Assembly: GCF_032444005.1 (NCBI RefSeq) | Contig: NC_091282.1 | Location: 892,180,001 to 892,244,000, forward strand | Length of the DNA stretch: 64,000 nucleotides | Direction: 5' to 3' | Source of the DNA: Ranitomeya imitator | Lineage: Eukaryota | In this document: positions 49,415 to 60,559 of the stretch, piece by piece | Layout: each line of letters starts with the position of its first letter | How positions within the stretch are numbered: the stretch's first letter is position 1 | The notes under the pieces: model-generated | What the model saw: the letters and a program-made list of their open reading frames with translations, nothing else | Database searches by the model: none | What the model was told of the DNA's origin: nothing | Translations under genes and position numbers: made by a program

Positions 49415-51214
49415 ACCCCTAACCCTACCCCTAACCCTACCCCTAACCCTATCCCTAACCCTAACCCTACCCCTAACCCTACCCCTAACCCTAACCCTAA
49501 CCCTAGTTCTTACCCCAACCTTAGTGAAAAAAAACAATTCTTTATTTTTTTTTATTGTCCCTACCTATGGGGGTGACAAAGGGGGGGGGGTCATTTACTA
49601 TTTTTTTTATTTTGATCACTGAGATAGGTTATATCTCAGTGATCAAAATTCACTTTGGAACGAATCTGCCAGCCGGCAGATTCGGCGGGCGCACTGCACA
49701 TGCGCCCACCATTTTGGAAGATGGCGGCGCCCAGGAAAGAAGACGGACGGACCTCGGGCGGCTAGGTAAGTATAAGGGGGGGGAGATCAGGGCACGGGGG
49801 GGGGCGTTGGAGCACGGGGGGTTGGTTCGGAGCATGGGGGGGTGGATCAGAACACGGGGGGGAGGATTGGAGAACGGGGTGGGGGATCGCTGTGCGGGGG
49901 GGGTGGATCGGGGCACGGGGGGGGATCGCTGTGTGGGGGGGTGATCGGAGTGCGGTGGAGTGTGATTGGGGCACGGGGGGTGTGATTGGAGCACGGGGGA
50001 GCGGACAGGAGGACGGGGGAGCGGAGCACAGGACGGAGGGGGGCGGACCACAGATCGGGGGGCTGGGTGGGCGATCGGTGGGGTGGGTGCACATAAGTGT
50101 TTCCAGCCATGGCCGATGATATTGCAGCATCGGCCATGGCTGGATTGTAATATTTCACCAGTTTTTTAGGTGAAATATTACAAATCGCTCTGATTGGCAG
50201 TTTCACTTTCAACAGCCAATCAGAGCGATCGTAGCCACGGGGAGGTGAAGCCACCCCCCCCCCCCCCGGGCTAAAGTACCACTCCCCCTGTCCCTGCAGA
50301 TCGGGTGAAATGGGAGTTAACCCTTTCACCCGATCTGCAGGGACGTGATCTTTCCATGACGCATATGCTGCGTCATGGGTCGGAATGGCACCGACTTTCA
50401 TGACGCAGCGTATGCGTCAAAGGTCGGGAAGGGGTTAATGCTTTTTCCTAGTCTGGCTGTAAAACATGGTGTCTCAGGCATGTTTGATGCTAAAGAATCC
50501 GTAAGAAGTACAGGCCAGTGTGTATTAATTATCTCCTGCATACGCTTCCAATAACAATTGTACGTAGAGATGAATCTGATATTATTTTCAGATGTAGCTT
50601 TCTTCTCTTTTTTTATACAGTAGCTGATGTCTATCTTTTTTTTTAGCCCTAATGTACCCTTGTTTTATACAGCGGTTGCTGTATCCACTGCAGATGCTGG
50701 CTCATGGTCCCTGAGGTGTCCCATCTAGTCTGGGATACTTGGCTTTGTACCACATATACCTCTTGCACTTCCGTTTGGGGTAGTGGGATCCACTCTCCTC
50801 CAGCATTCAAGCCTCATTGCCGCAGAGTGTTCACCGGTTAGGAACGCAAATGATGTGGGTTAGAACATTCCCGGCATTCTCTTGCAAAGAGTCTCATGTG
50901 TCCATAGCTATTACAGTGTAACCACCCCCCCTTGCTCCGATGGGGGCGTACTTGGGAAACCTCCCCATCTTTGTGAAGTCCAAAATGCCCGCAGTTCCTC
51001 CTTTTGTCAGTCCATGAGTCTCACTGGCCTCCCTACAAGCCTCTGTTCCTGACTCTATGGGGCTGTCCTTTCACGTAGCCCAGATCGATTGGCAGACCAA
51101 TCTTCAGCCAATCTTGCAGTCTCATCCAGGCTGAGTATTTTTTTTTTTTTTATCCACCACCCATTCTTTTAAGCCACCTAGGAGCTTGGAAATAAATTGT
51201 TCCAGCATGAATAT

Positions 51215-52009
51215 TGTTGTGAATTCTGTTATCGAACTCCCTCCTGTGGTCATGAATGGTACTTCGGCGAGTTCTGTCTATGGACTCCCTCTGGTGGCTG
51301 TGAGTGGAGCTGCTGCTTCTGAGGTTCCTTCCACAGGTGACATAGTTTATTCTTTGGCTGGCTGTTCTATTTAACTCCACTCAGATCGTTACTCCATGCC
51401 AGCTGTCAATGTTCTTGTACTGGTTCAGTTCGCTCTTGGTTCTTTCTGGTGACCTGTCTACTCCAGCAGAAGCTAAGTCCCTGCTAGTTATTAATTTGTT
51501 CATGGTTTCCTTGTCCAGCTGGCTATCATGATCTTGCCCTGCTAGCTGGAAGCTCTGGGATGCTGAGTGGCACCTCCGCACCGTGAGTCGGTGCAGAGGT
51601 CTTTTTGCACACTCTGCGTGGTCTTTTTGTAGGGTTTTGTGCTGACCGCAAAGTTACCTTTCCTATCCTCTGTCTGTTTAGTAAGTCTGGCCTCCCTTTG
51701 CTAAAACCTGTTTCATTTCTGTGTTTGTGACTTTCGTCTTAACTCACAGTCAATATATGTGGGGGGCTGCCTTTTCCTTTGGGGAATTTCTCTGAGGCAA
51801 GGTAGGCTTTATTTTCTATCTTTAGGGCTAGTTCGCTCTTAGGCTGTGAAGAGGCGTCTAGGTTGTGTTAGGTACACTCCACGGCTATTTCTAGTTGTGT
51901 GATAGGATTAGGGGTTGCGGTCAGCAGAGCTCCCACTTCCCAGAGCTTGTCCTGTGTGAGTTTAACCATCAGGTCGTTCCGGGTGCTCTTAACCACCAGG
52001 TCCATAACA
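51215..52009 (+). mobile_element. Solo LTR (family of 9577 and 34825)
   Basis: tgttgtgaattc...ccataaca; perfect 6-bp TSD gaatat. Confidence 0.92.
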
Positions 52010-52760
52010 GAATATATCCAAGACGGGCTCTGCTTCTAGGAGTTACCGCATACCTCTTTCGTAATTTTCTGTGAATGGTATAGTAACAGCTCTGACCCCT
52101 AGGAGACAAGTTATTAAACACTCCTCTTGCTTTTCCGGTGAGGTCAACTCTTAAAAATCTTGACTAGTCATCTGCTGACACCTCATGCAGCAGGCAGAGG
52201 TTCTCAAATAACCAGAGATGTTTATCAATATCCGTTGTCAGTAAGCAAATATCCAATAAAACACAACAATCAGTTCAATATAATCGGCGCTCCATGCTGG
52301 AAAAAGTCTGCATCCCTTAGAGCCGTGGATTCCGTTCTATGTCCATTGGTCCAGTAGTCTTTAGAACAAGGCCAACTCCTCCCACACACACACTATAAAT
52401 TACTACATCTTGCAGTTCCTATTTGGGACCTGAATAGAGGGTGCAGCAGCTGAGCAACTGTAGGACCTTCCACACAATTAACTCAAGGACCTTTCAGGTC
52501 ATGTGACCAGAGCAGGAAGAGATAGTGCAGCTCTCTCTGTAATCAGGAAGGATAGTCTGTCATTATTCTCCTACATCACAGGAAGCTGCCTCCAGTCTAT
52601 AAGACTCACAGGCACGAGTTTTTCCTGTTAAAAAGTGCATCTTATAGTTTAAACAACTTAGTAATTTACTCTATTTTTCAGTTATCAGCCAGTTGCTCAG
52701 AATTTTGAAGACCTATTCCTTATCAGGAAAGACTATACACAATATATCTAATATACTTAC

Positions 52761-52893
52761 ATGATTTCTTTCTTTCTGCAATTTTGAGTTTCATACAAAA
52801 CTTTAACACGTTGAAAATGTTTCCGTTGAATGACCTCATTTGTCGTTTTTAAGCATTTACACCTTCTTCCGACATGTTTGCTTTCCCAAATGC
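52761..52893 (-). CDS. CXCL13: CXCL13-like CXC chemokine, second coding exon (C-K-C motif and third Cys)
   Basis: tttacag|GC (phase 1), IWESKHVGRRCKCLKTTNEVIQRKHFQRVKVLYETQNCRKKEI, AT|GTAAGT (phase 2); 133 bp; no ELR. Aligns without gaps to recalled human CXCL13. Orthology is not proven. Confidence 0.9.
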
Positions 52894-53475
52894 CTGTAAA
52901 GTGTAAAACACTTTGTATTCACATTTCTATTGAAAAGCTAATGTGGAGCAAAATATAAAATTTGCAATTTAACAAAACATCCAGCAAAAGTAAAGAAGAG
53001 AAAACCAAGATCCGATACATACTACCTCTAGATTCTCTAGAAGCCCGATTTTATCATTTACATTTCTTTAAGTTAACTTTTTTGTCTTAATCTCGTGGCA
53101 TTTCTACCTTTTTTGTGCAAATTCTTTAAAATGGTGTATGCGGATTATGATTTTTGTGCAACTTTAAAAATAATCTTTATTTTTGTTTTAAAATATGTTT
53201 TAGACTTTTTAGAACAAACAGTTGCGCTTTTCACAATCATACAAACAATTGCACCTAAGTTTTCTGGAGTACATAAAATCCCTGCGAGGGGTTGAACTGT
53301 AGTACATACAGTATGTGACAAATTTTGCACATTTTTGTAAAGTCACGAATGATGAATGAGTTGAAAACATCTGGAGAAACCTAATCTCTGTCAACAGTGG
53401 TGACCTAAAAAACAAAATGCATGTGAACACATATAAAATAAACTTCAAATACTACGCAAAACACTAAAAACTTAA

Positions 53476-53750
53476 AGGGAACCTGTCACCAGGTTTGGCC
53501 AGCAAGATATGCGGCCATCACCTTTCAGGGCTGATATACAGCATTCTATAATGCTGTATATCTGCTCCCAACCCGACCTGTAGCAGAAGAAAAATTAACT
53601 TTTATTATACTCCCCTGTAGGGTGGTCCGGTCTGATGGGTGTCACTCTTCTTGATCCGGCACCTCCCTTCTTCTTGCGATACTGCCCTCCTGCTTGCCTG
53701 AAAGGTGATGGCCGCATCTCTTATCAACCAAACCTGGTGACAGGTTCACT
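53476..53750. mobile_element. T2/Kolobok-type MITE
   Basis: TTAA-agggaacctgtcacc...ggtgacaggttcact-TTAA. Confidence 0.8.
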
Positions 53751-54799
53751 TTAATAAAACACTTGCACAAATGCAACAATTGGGCCTAACCCCATTTGTT
53801 TTATAAATTGCAAATTTTCAGTACATGATGGGCAATTTACTTCATCCTTAATCCCACATAGTTTGCTGCCTGTTGAGTATAGAAAATTGACATCTGTATG
53901 GCTCACTTTTCAAAGATGTCAAGATTAAATTTACAGTTTTTTATGTTGTGGTGGAGGGGGGTGGGACACTTATTTTGTATTTATTTAACCTCCACATTTT
54001 TATAACGCAATAAAAACATGTATTTAGTTTTGTAATTATAATTGTACGTATTTCCACTGACTGTAGCTGTATCTAGCATGGGAGTAGGCTATTGCCTATA
54101 TATGAGCTGTATGATATAAGTGTCAGAAAAATTTAGACTCAAAGAGCAATTAGATTTTAATGGATTCTGGTGACTAAAGATGAACAAACTCAGTGTCCGG
54201 TACCAATCCCATAGCAAGGACTTTCAAAGGATGTCCAGTTTACTGTTTGGGTTCGGATGCCTAATAAAGTTTGCTGCAAGGCTGCAATGCAGGCAATCAA
54301 CAAGCTTTTAGGCTGTGGGCACTTCTGGAGCCATCACAGCCATGCTAAGGATTGGCATGGCTGTGATTGGCCAGAACAGCACTTGACCCGGCCTGTATAA
54401 ATCCAATCATGAGTGCCACTGCTATTCTGCTCTGATTCGTGTAATGGCAAGACACAGCGGGTGTGAGAGACAGTGTTAGGTAGCACACTCTGCAAAAAGC
54501 CGCAGTGTGTACTCTGCACCTACTGTATGTCTGTGGGAGTACTGTGCCGAAGACAGCGATGTGTACTCTGCAACTCCACCTGTGGGAGAGTACTGTGCAC
54601 CCTCACCTGTTGGAGAATTGTACTTTTAAGCCTCTGTATGTACTCTGCACCCATATCTGTGGGAATACAGTACTAAAAAGCCTCAGTTTCTACTTTAACA
54701 AAAAGCCTCTGTGTGTACTGTGCCAAAAAGCCTCTGTTTGTACAGTAACAAAAAACATGTGTTTGTACTGTAACAAAATAGGGACCATATGATCTGGTG

Positions 54800-55190
54800 G
54801 TGCTGGATTTTGCAACTTGCTGACTAAGGTTTTCCACGTTTCTACCATGCTAACCATCCCTTACGAGGTGCTGCCAGTGCTCCAACTGTTTTGACGACTT
54901 CAGTGCCTTATGCTTCCACTAAGACCCCGTCAGGTGAGGACGCCGTCAGTAGTGTGTCTGCACTTATATTCCCGCATTTTATAATATCGCTATAGTGCTT
55001 TTAGCATGAATCCAGCAGAGTGGTCACCCAGTAATTGGCACTTGTAACAATTGGGGCAACACAGTGGTAGTTGCGAAGGCACAACAGTACGTATTTCCTC
55101 ATGTGTACCACGCTGCCCAGAGGCGACGACAGGCTGTCCTTGGTGGGAAGTGTATCATCTGTATCCTCGGTATCCTCCCAGCCAAGCTCA
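54800..55190 (-). pseudogene. hAT transposase remnant (C-terminal half)
   Basis: YVLLCLRN...IVTSANYWVTTLLD resembles the hAT YWxATLLDPR region. Confidence 0.55.
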
Positions 55191-55229
55191 AGTAAAGTAA
55201 CAGCCTGGACTGCATGCCCCCAGGAGTCT

Positions 55230-55700
55230 TAGGGGAAGGCGGCATGACTAGGGAGGTATGGTCATGGGGTTATGTGTTAAGGGATTTTGTGTTGGAAAAT
55301 CTGGAGGGAGGAGAATAGGTAGGGTTGTTTAGTGTAGGATAGTGGGGATTGGTTTAGTCATTGGGTTGTTATGAAGCGGTATATATGCTTGGGGTAATTA
55401 GTGGGTCCGTTATTATTGATGCTATTGTGGTCAGACATCGTCACGTGCTTGGCTTGGAACCATGCGTGATCTGTTGAAAGGATTGGCAAGGAGCCACAGT
55501 AAGGTGAATTGGGAGGTGTTTTGATTCATTGCCAGGAATGGGGGTTTAATGGTGCGGCATACAGATTTGGGAGTTCCTTCTCCCGAATTTTTGAGGCCAG
55601 ATGGTGTTCATCTGAACTCAATTGGGACAGATATTTGGGTGTTGGCATTGATGGAGGGTGTTGAGAAGGCCTTGAGTTTATGGTAGGGTTCGCAGGCATA
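55230..55700 (+). pseudogene. SGNH-hydrolase remnant, probably from an Ngaro-like YR retrotransposon
   Basis: LLLWSDI...FIARNGGLMVRH...FLRPDGVHLNSIGTDIW with the block V DxxH. Family assignment is inference. Confidence 0.55.
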
Positions 55701-56089
55701 AGGGGCCATGCGGGCTAGCTGTAGTGGAAAGAGGAGGGGGAATTTTAAAGGAGGCCCCCAGGTGGTGCTATGTCATAAAAAGGAAATGTGTGCAGGTTCC
55801 TACTGAGCTTAGGTCTAAGAGGGACATTTTTTATGGGCAACATTCAGCCAGATGCCATCGAGTCGGTGTGGTGTGGCTGAGGGTGGTGGGAGGAGCCAAT
55901 TGTTGGAAAATGTGGAACAGAGCCTTCGAATCCCAATATGACTAACCAGAATAATGAATGTTTTTGGTATAAATTATATTACCACATGTCAAACAATTTG
56001 ACAGTTGGTGCAGTAGATTTTAAGAAAACTGCCAGACAGCATCCATGATCTGCTTGTTTTTGAGTCTGTGTATTAGAATAATTAATTGA

Positions 56090-56518
56090 AAGGGGGTGTG
56101 TTCAAAATAGTAGCAGTATGGAGTTCAATTAGTGAGGTCTATCATTCTGTAAAGAAACAGGTGTGAATCAGGTGGCTCTTATTTAAGGGTGAAGCCAGGA
56201 CATGTTGTACACGTATTTCTCCTTGAACAAGTGAGGAATATAGGTCGTTTGAGACATTGTTCACAAGAACAGTGCACATTGATTAAAAAAGTTGATTGGA
56301 GAGAGTACAACTAATAAAGACAGACAATTATAGGCTGTTCAGCTAAAATGATCTCCAATCCTATAAAATGGAAAGCCAAACAAGAGAGACATGGAAGAAA
56401 ACTGAAGATTACCATTCAAATAGATGGAAGAATAGCCAGAATGGCAAAGGCTAAGCCAATGATCAGCTCCAGGATGATCAAAGAGAGTCTCAAGTTACCT
56501 CTGAGTACTGAGAGAGTT
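56090..56518 (+). mobile_element. Tc1-like element 5' fragment (transposase DNA-binding domain remnant)
   Basis: GRLRHCS...IIGCSAKMISNPIKW...GRK...DGRIARMAK. Confidence 0.75.
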
Positions 56519-56520
56519 AA

Positions 56521-56862
56521 GGTACCGTCACACATAACGATATCGTTGCTTTTTGTGACGTAGCAACGATATCGTTAAGAAAATCGTTATGTGTGACAGC
56601 GACCAACGATCAGGCCCCTGCTGGGAGATCGTTGGTCGCTGAGGAAAGTCCAGAACTTTATTTCGTCGCTGGATCTCCCGCTGACACTGCTGGATCGGCG
56701 TGTGTGACGCCGATCCAGCGATGTTTTCACTGGTAACCAGGGTAAACATCGGGTTACTAAGCGCAGGGCCGCTTACCTTCAGCTGTCTGTCCCCCGGCGC
56801 TGTGCTTCTCTGCACTCCTCCTGCATCCTGTGTCAGCGCCGGCCAGCCGGAAAGCACAGCGG
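56521..56862. mobile_element. Left half of a Harbinger-type MITE (family of 13775-14687)
   Basis: TAA-ggtaccgtcacac start and homology to 13775; right arm missing. Confidence 0.7.
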
Positions 56863-58317
56863 TGTTCTGGATCACTGCGTTGAGAAACACGTGATAGTGT
56901 CTCCGCGGTGTTGGATGTTTTCATCTCCCCAAGGTCATTCATCCTTATGTTTATAGGCTTGTGCACCAGGCAGCTGCCAGGTGCGACTCCAGGGTGGTGT
57001 CTGGCAGTGGCTGCTGATCTCACTTGGGAAACAGGAACACCAGGATTGGTGCAGGCATCAGGCTGGACTGGCAGATGAGCACAGCCGAAACTCTGATGGG
57101 CGGGCAGGCAGGCACGGCTGAGACGCAGGGCAGGCTGGCACGGCTGAGACGCAGGGCAGGCTGGCACGGCTGAGACGCAGGGCAGGCTGGCACGGCTGAG
57201 ACACAGGGCAGGCTGGCACGGCTGAGACACTGGGCAGGCTGACATGGCTGAGATGCAGGGCAGGCTGGTGTGCTGTATGAGGGAACAGGTAGAGACACAG
57301 GGCTGGCAGGAATGGCAGAGACACTGGGCAGGCTGGTGTGGTGTATGAAGGAACAGGTAGAGACCTGTTCACACAGCAAATGCAGGTACAGATACAAGCA
57401 GGAAGGAATGAAGTGTGAAGGAACAGGTTAGGACCTGTTCACACAGGAAGAGAACCGCAAGGCTGTGGATAGGAGCGTTAAAGCAGCAAGAGATAGTGCA
57501 ACAACAGAAGCTAAGCAGAGCGGAACCACAAGGAATGTCGAGAGGAGCTGCAGTTAGATTTCTGCAGAAACTAAGCAGAGCGGAACCGCAAGGAATGCGG
57601 AGAGGAGCTGCAGTAAGATTTCTGCAGAAGCGAAGCAGAGCGGAACCGCAAGGAATGCGGAGAGGAGCTGCAGCAAGAGATTTCTGCAGCAGCAGGAGAG
57701 GAGCAGAGTAGAGCGGAGCAGAACCGCAGGAGTGCGGAGCAGAGGTAAAGCTGCAAGAGGGCAGAGCACAGGCAAAGTCACAAGGTTACAGAGCAGGCAG
57801 ATCCGCAAGAGTGCGGAGCACAAGCAACCAGAGAGTACACAAGGAAAAACACAACAGGGAAAGAAGCCACAGACAAGGAGCCAAAGGTAGGACACAAGGA
57901 CCAGGATATTCTGCCTCCTGGAGGGCAGACAGACAGGTACAAGACAAAGCAAGGAGCAGCCTTCAAAGAAGGCAAGACACAAAGCAAGGCCTTGCAGCTC
58001 AGAAGCAAAACACAAACTGAGTTAACACATTGCACAGACCCAGTCCACAGGGCGGAGCTGCCCTGAATACTGGAGGCCTCTTGGTAATTGGTCAGGAACA
58101 GATTAGACAGGTGCGCCCTGATTCTATAAGAACCAGAGAGTTCTGGCGCAGCCCCCCTATGCACACAGCCAGGAAGCATGCAGAGAGCTGGCAGAAAGCA
58201 AGAGACACAGAGCATGGAGCCGGCAGTAGACAGAGACCACAACATGACCTGGAGCAGTGGGTAAGATGGTGTGTGAGAGATGGGAGGCCATGTAGTGATG
58301 CCGGCAGAGTTGTTACA
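56863..58317. mobile_element. LTR-like block with 22-bp and ~61-bp tandem repeats
   Basis: TG...CA ends; (ggcaggctggcacggctgagac) units at ~57105-57270 and gcagagcggaaccgcaagg units at ~57510-57690; no TSD. Confidence 0.5.
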
Positions 58318-58384
58318 TTTAGAAACAACAATACTAATGTTTTAACTCAGGAAGAGTTCAGAAATCAATATTTTGTGGGATAAT

Positions 58385-59030
58385 CATAATTTTTAATCAT
58401 AGCTTTCATGTGTCTTGGCATGCTTTCCACCACTCTTTCACACTGCTTTTGGGTGACCTAAGGCCACTCCTGCTACAAGATTTAAGCAGTTATTCTTTGT
58501 TTGATGGCTTGTGATCCATTTTCCTCTTGATTATATTCCAGAGGTTTCCAATGGGGTTCAGGTCTCGAGATTGGGCTGGCCATGACAGGGATTTGATGTG
58601 GTGGTTCTTCATCCACACCTTGATTGACCTAGCTGTGTGGCATGGCACATTGTCCTGCTGGAAAAACCAGTCCTCAGAGCTAGGGACCATTACCTGAGCA
58701 GAAGAATCAACTGGTTTTCCAGGATAACCTTGTATGCGACTTGTTTCATACGTCCTTCGCAAAGAACAACCTGTCCAATTCCAGCCTTTGCTGAAGCATG
58801 CCCAGATCATCACCGATCCTCAATCAAATTTCACAGTGGGTGCAAGACACTGTGGCTTCTACGCCTCTCCAGGTCTCTGTCTAACCATTAGATGACCAGG
58901 TGTAGAGCAAAGCTGAAAATTAGACTCATCAGAGAAGATTACTTGCTCCAGTCCTCTATGGTCCAATCCTTATGGTCTATGGCAAACTTCAGCCAGGCTC
59001 TCCTTTGCTTCTCATTGATGAAAGGCTTTT
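58385..59030 (-). pseudogene. Tc1 transposase DDE-domain remnant
   Basis: FSDES, MIWACFS, FQQDN and WPAQSRDLNPIGNLW. Confidence 0.85.
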
Positions 59031-59149
59031 TTCCAGGACGCCCCTCCTGACAGCACCCTGGACGTCCTCCTCCCCTTTGCTGGGACAGGAAAGACACGAG
59101 AGTTTAAAAGGTCATGTCCCTTTCAGCGGTGACAGCCAGGGTGCTTCGG

Positions 59150-59745
59150 AGGGGTGAGTATAGCCATATTTGTTATTTTTATTCTTTATTTTTTACATTA
59201 ATATGGATCCCAGGGCCTGAAGGAGAGTTTCCTCTCCTTCAGACCCTGGGAACCATCGAGGATACATTCCGATATTTCTGTCCCATTGACTTGTATTGGT
59301 ATCGGAACTCGGTATCGGCGAGATCCGATATTTTGCCGGTATCGGCCGATACCATCCGATACCGATACTTTCAAATATCGGAAAGTATCGCTCAACACTA
59401 GTGATGAGTGAATATACTCGTTACTCGAGATTTCTCGAGCATGCTTGGGAGTCCTCCGAGTATTTTTTAGTGCTCGGAGTTTTAGTTTTTCTTGCCGCGG
59501 CTGAATGATTTACATCTGTTAGCCAGCATAAGTACATGTGGGGATTCCCTAGCAACCAGGCTCGTGTAGAGTGTGCATGAAGTTTCCTCTCCTTCAGACC
59601 CTTGGAACCACACGCACCGCACACTCCGATACCGATTTCTGATATCACAAAAATATCGGAACTCTGTATCGGAATTCCGATACAGCAAGTATCGGCTGAT
59701 ACCCGATACTTGCAGTATCGGAATGCTCAACACTACTCATCACTA
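59150..59745. mobile_element. Cluster of nested or abutting hAT-type MITE halves
   Basis: Termini gtatcgctcaacacta (59400), tagtgatgagtgaata (59399; family of 30114) and gctcaacacta/ctcatcacta (59725-59745). Confidence 0.6.
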
Positions 59746-60129
59746 ATGGGTACCTGTACTTATATGTGTACAGTGATGCATAAGTGGGGATGCCCATGCA
59801 GTTTTGTGGATTTCCCAGGGGTTCTCTGTCTTGGTGCTTGCTTCTCTCATATTCCAGACGGATGATGTTTGAAAAGCTCCTTGGTGATGTTGTGAGTATA
59901 TGTACTTAATCTTTATATGCACTTAACCTTTGTATGTTAAAATATATAAAAGGGTACGCAATCATACTATTCCTTTAATTTCATACTTTGAAATAAAACT
60001 AAGCAAGTAGTAGCCTTCTTTAAAGCCATATCATGAACCTTAGTGTAAAAAACTTGGCAATACAGCCAGATGACAATACTCAACAAATCTGTAGATGCAA
60101 TATTGCTTCCCATAGCAATACCAGATTAC

Positions 60130-60330
60130 TGTTTATGAAAAGCTTCACTATCACCTTCTGCGGCTTGCACAGTCTCTCCAACATATGCAAGGTGGAGTTC
60201 CACCTTGTGTGTACACTGTATATGAGGCGGGGAGCAGGAAGGCTGAAGTGAGGCTACACCGCAGACAGTAGAGCAGCAGCAGGGTGAGAACGCTAAACAC
60301 TGCCCAAACTTTCTGACAGGATGAGGAGCT
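60130..60330 (-). pseudogene. hAT transposase remnant (RW motif region)
   Basis: RSHPAAALLSA...HFSLPAPRLIYSVHTRWNSTLHMLERLCK. Confidence 0.85.
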
Positions 60331-60559
60331 GGTGGAGAAAGCGGAGTAGGAGGAGGAGGCAACATGGACAGAGAAAAGACTAGGGACCGGTCGCAGTGCG
60401 CAGTAGCAGCTAACTTAATGGCTATGGGCCATTGGACCCTGCTCCCTCATTTGCTCTGCAGCTGGGGCAGTGTGTCCACCACCTCTTCCTTGGAACCGCT
60501 GACATCACTCGCATGGCCTTGATTCCATGTGAATCCATCCCCCATTGTATCATCACACC

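Larger units (their letters stand above)
48595..49520 (-). repeat. Telomere-like TAACCC / TAACCCTACCCC array interrupted by two Harbinger MITEs
   Basis: ccctaa units at 48595-48717 and 49415-49520. Confidence 0.85.
45783..50434 (+). mobile_element. piggyBac-like non-autonomous element C
   Basis: TTAA at 45779-82 and 50435-38; CCCCTT/AAGGGG termini; six ~370-395-bp internal repeats (anchor ggtaaaccactg at ~46521, 46890, 47271, 47665, 48059, 48448). Confidence 0.85.

Noticed and set aside
52950-53020. MYRILVFSSLLLLDVLLNC just upstream of the CXC exon as candidate exon 1
   Set aside because: No phase-1 GT donor; hydrophobicity is explained by T-rich intron sequence.
57020-58015. Cys/Pro/Ala-rich ORFs (PACPASQPCQ) resembling keratin-associated proteins
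   Set aside because: Products of 22-bp and 61-bp tandem repeats in an LTR-like block.
59858-59891. 34-nt plus-strand segment with good AG and GTGAGT sites (RMMFEKLLGDV)
   Set aside because: Too short, no recognisable homology and no partner exons; cannot be supported without transcripts.
60204-60312. Signal-peptide-like stretch KVWAVFSVLTLLLLYCLRCSLTSA...YTQG with cag acceptor and G|GT, a tempting chemokine exon 1
   Set aside because: No in-frame ATG, weak donor, and the same bases read in another frame as the hAT transposase motif LPAPRLI...TRWNSTLHML.
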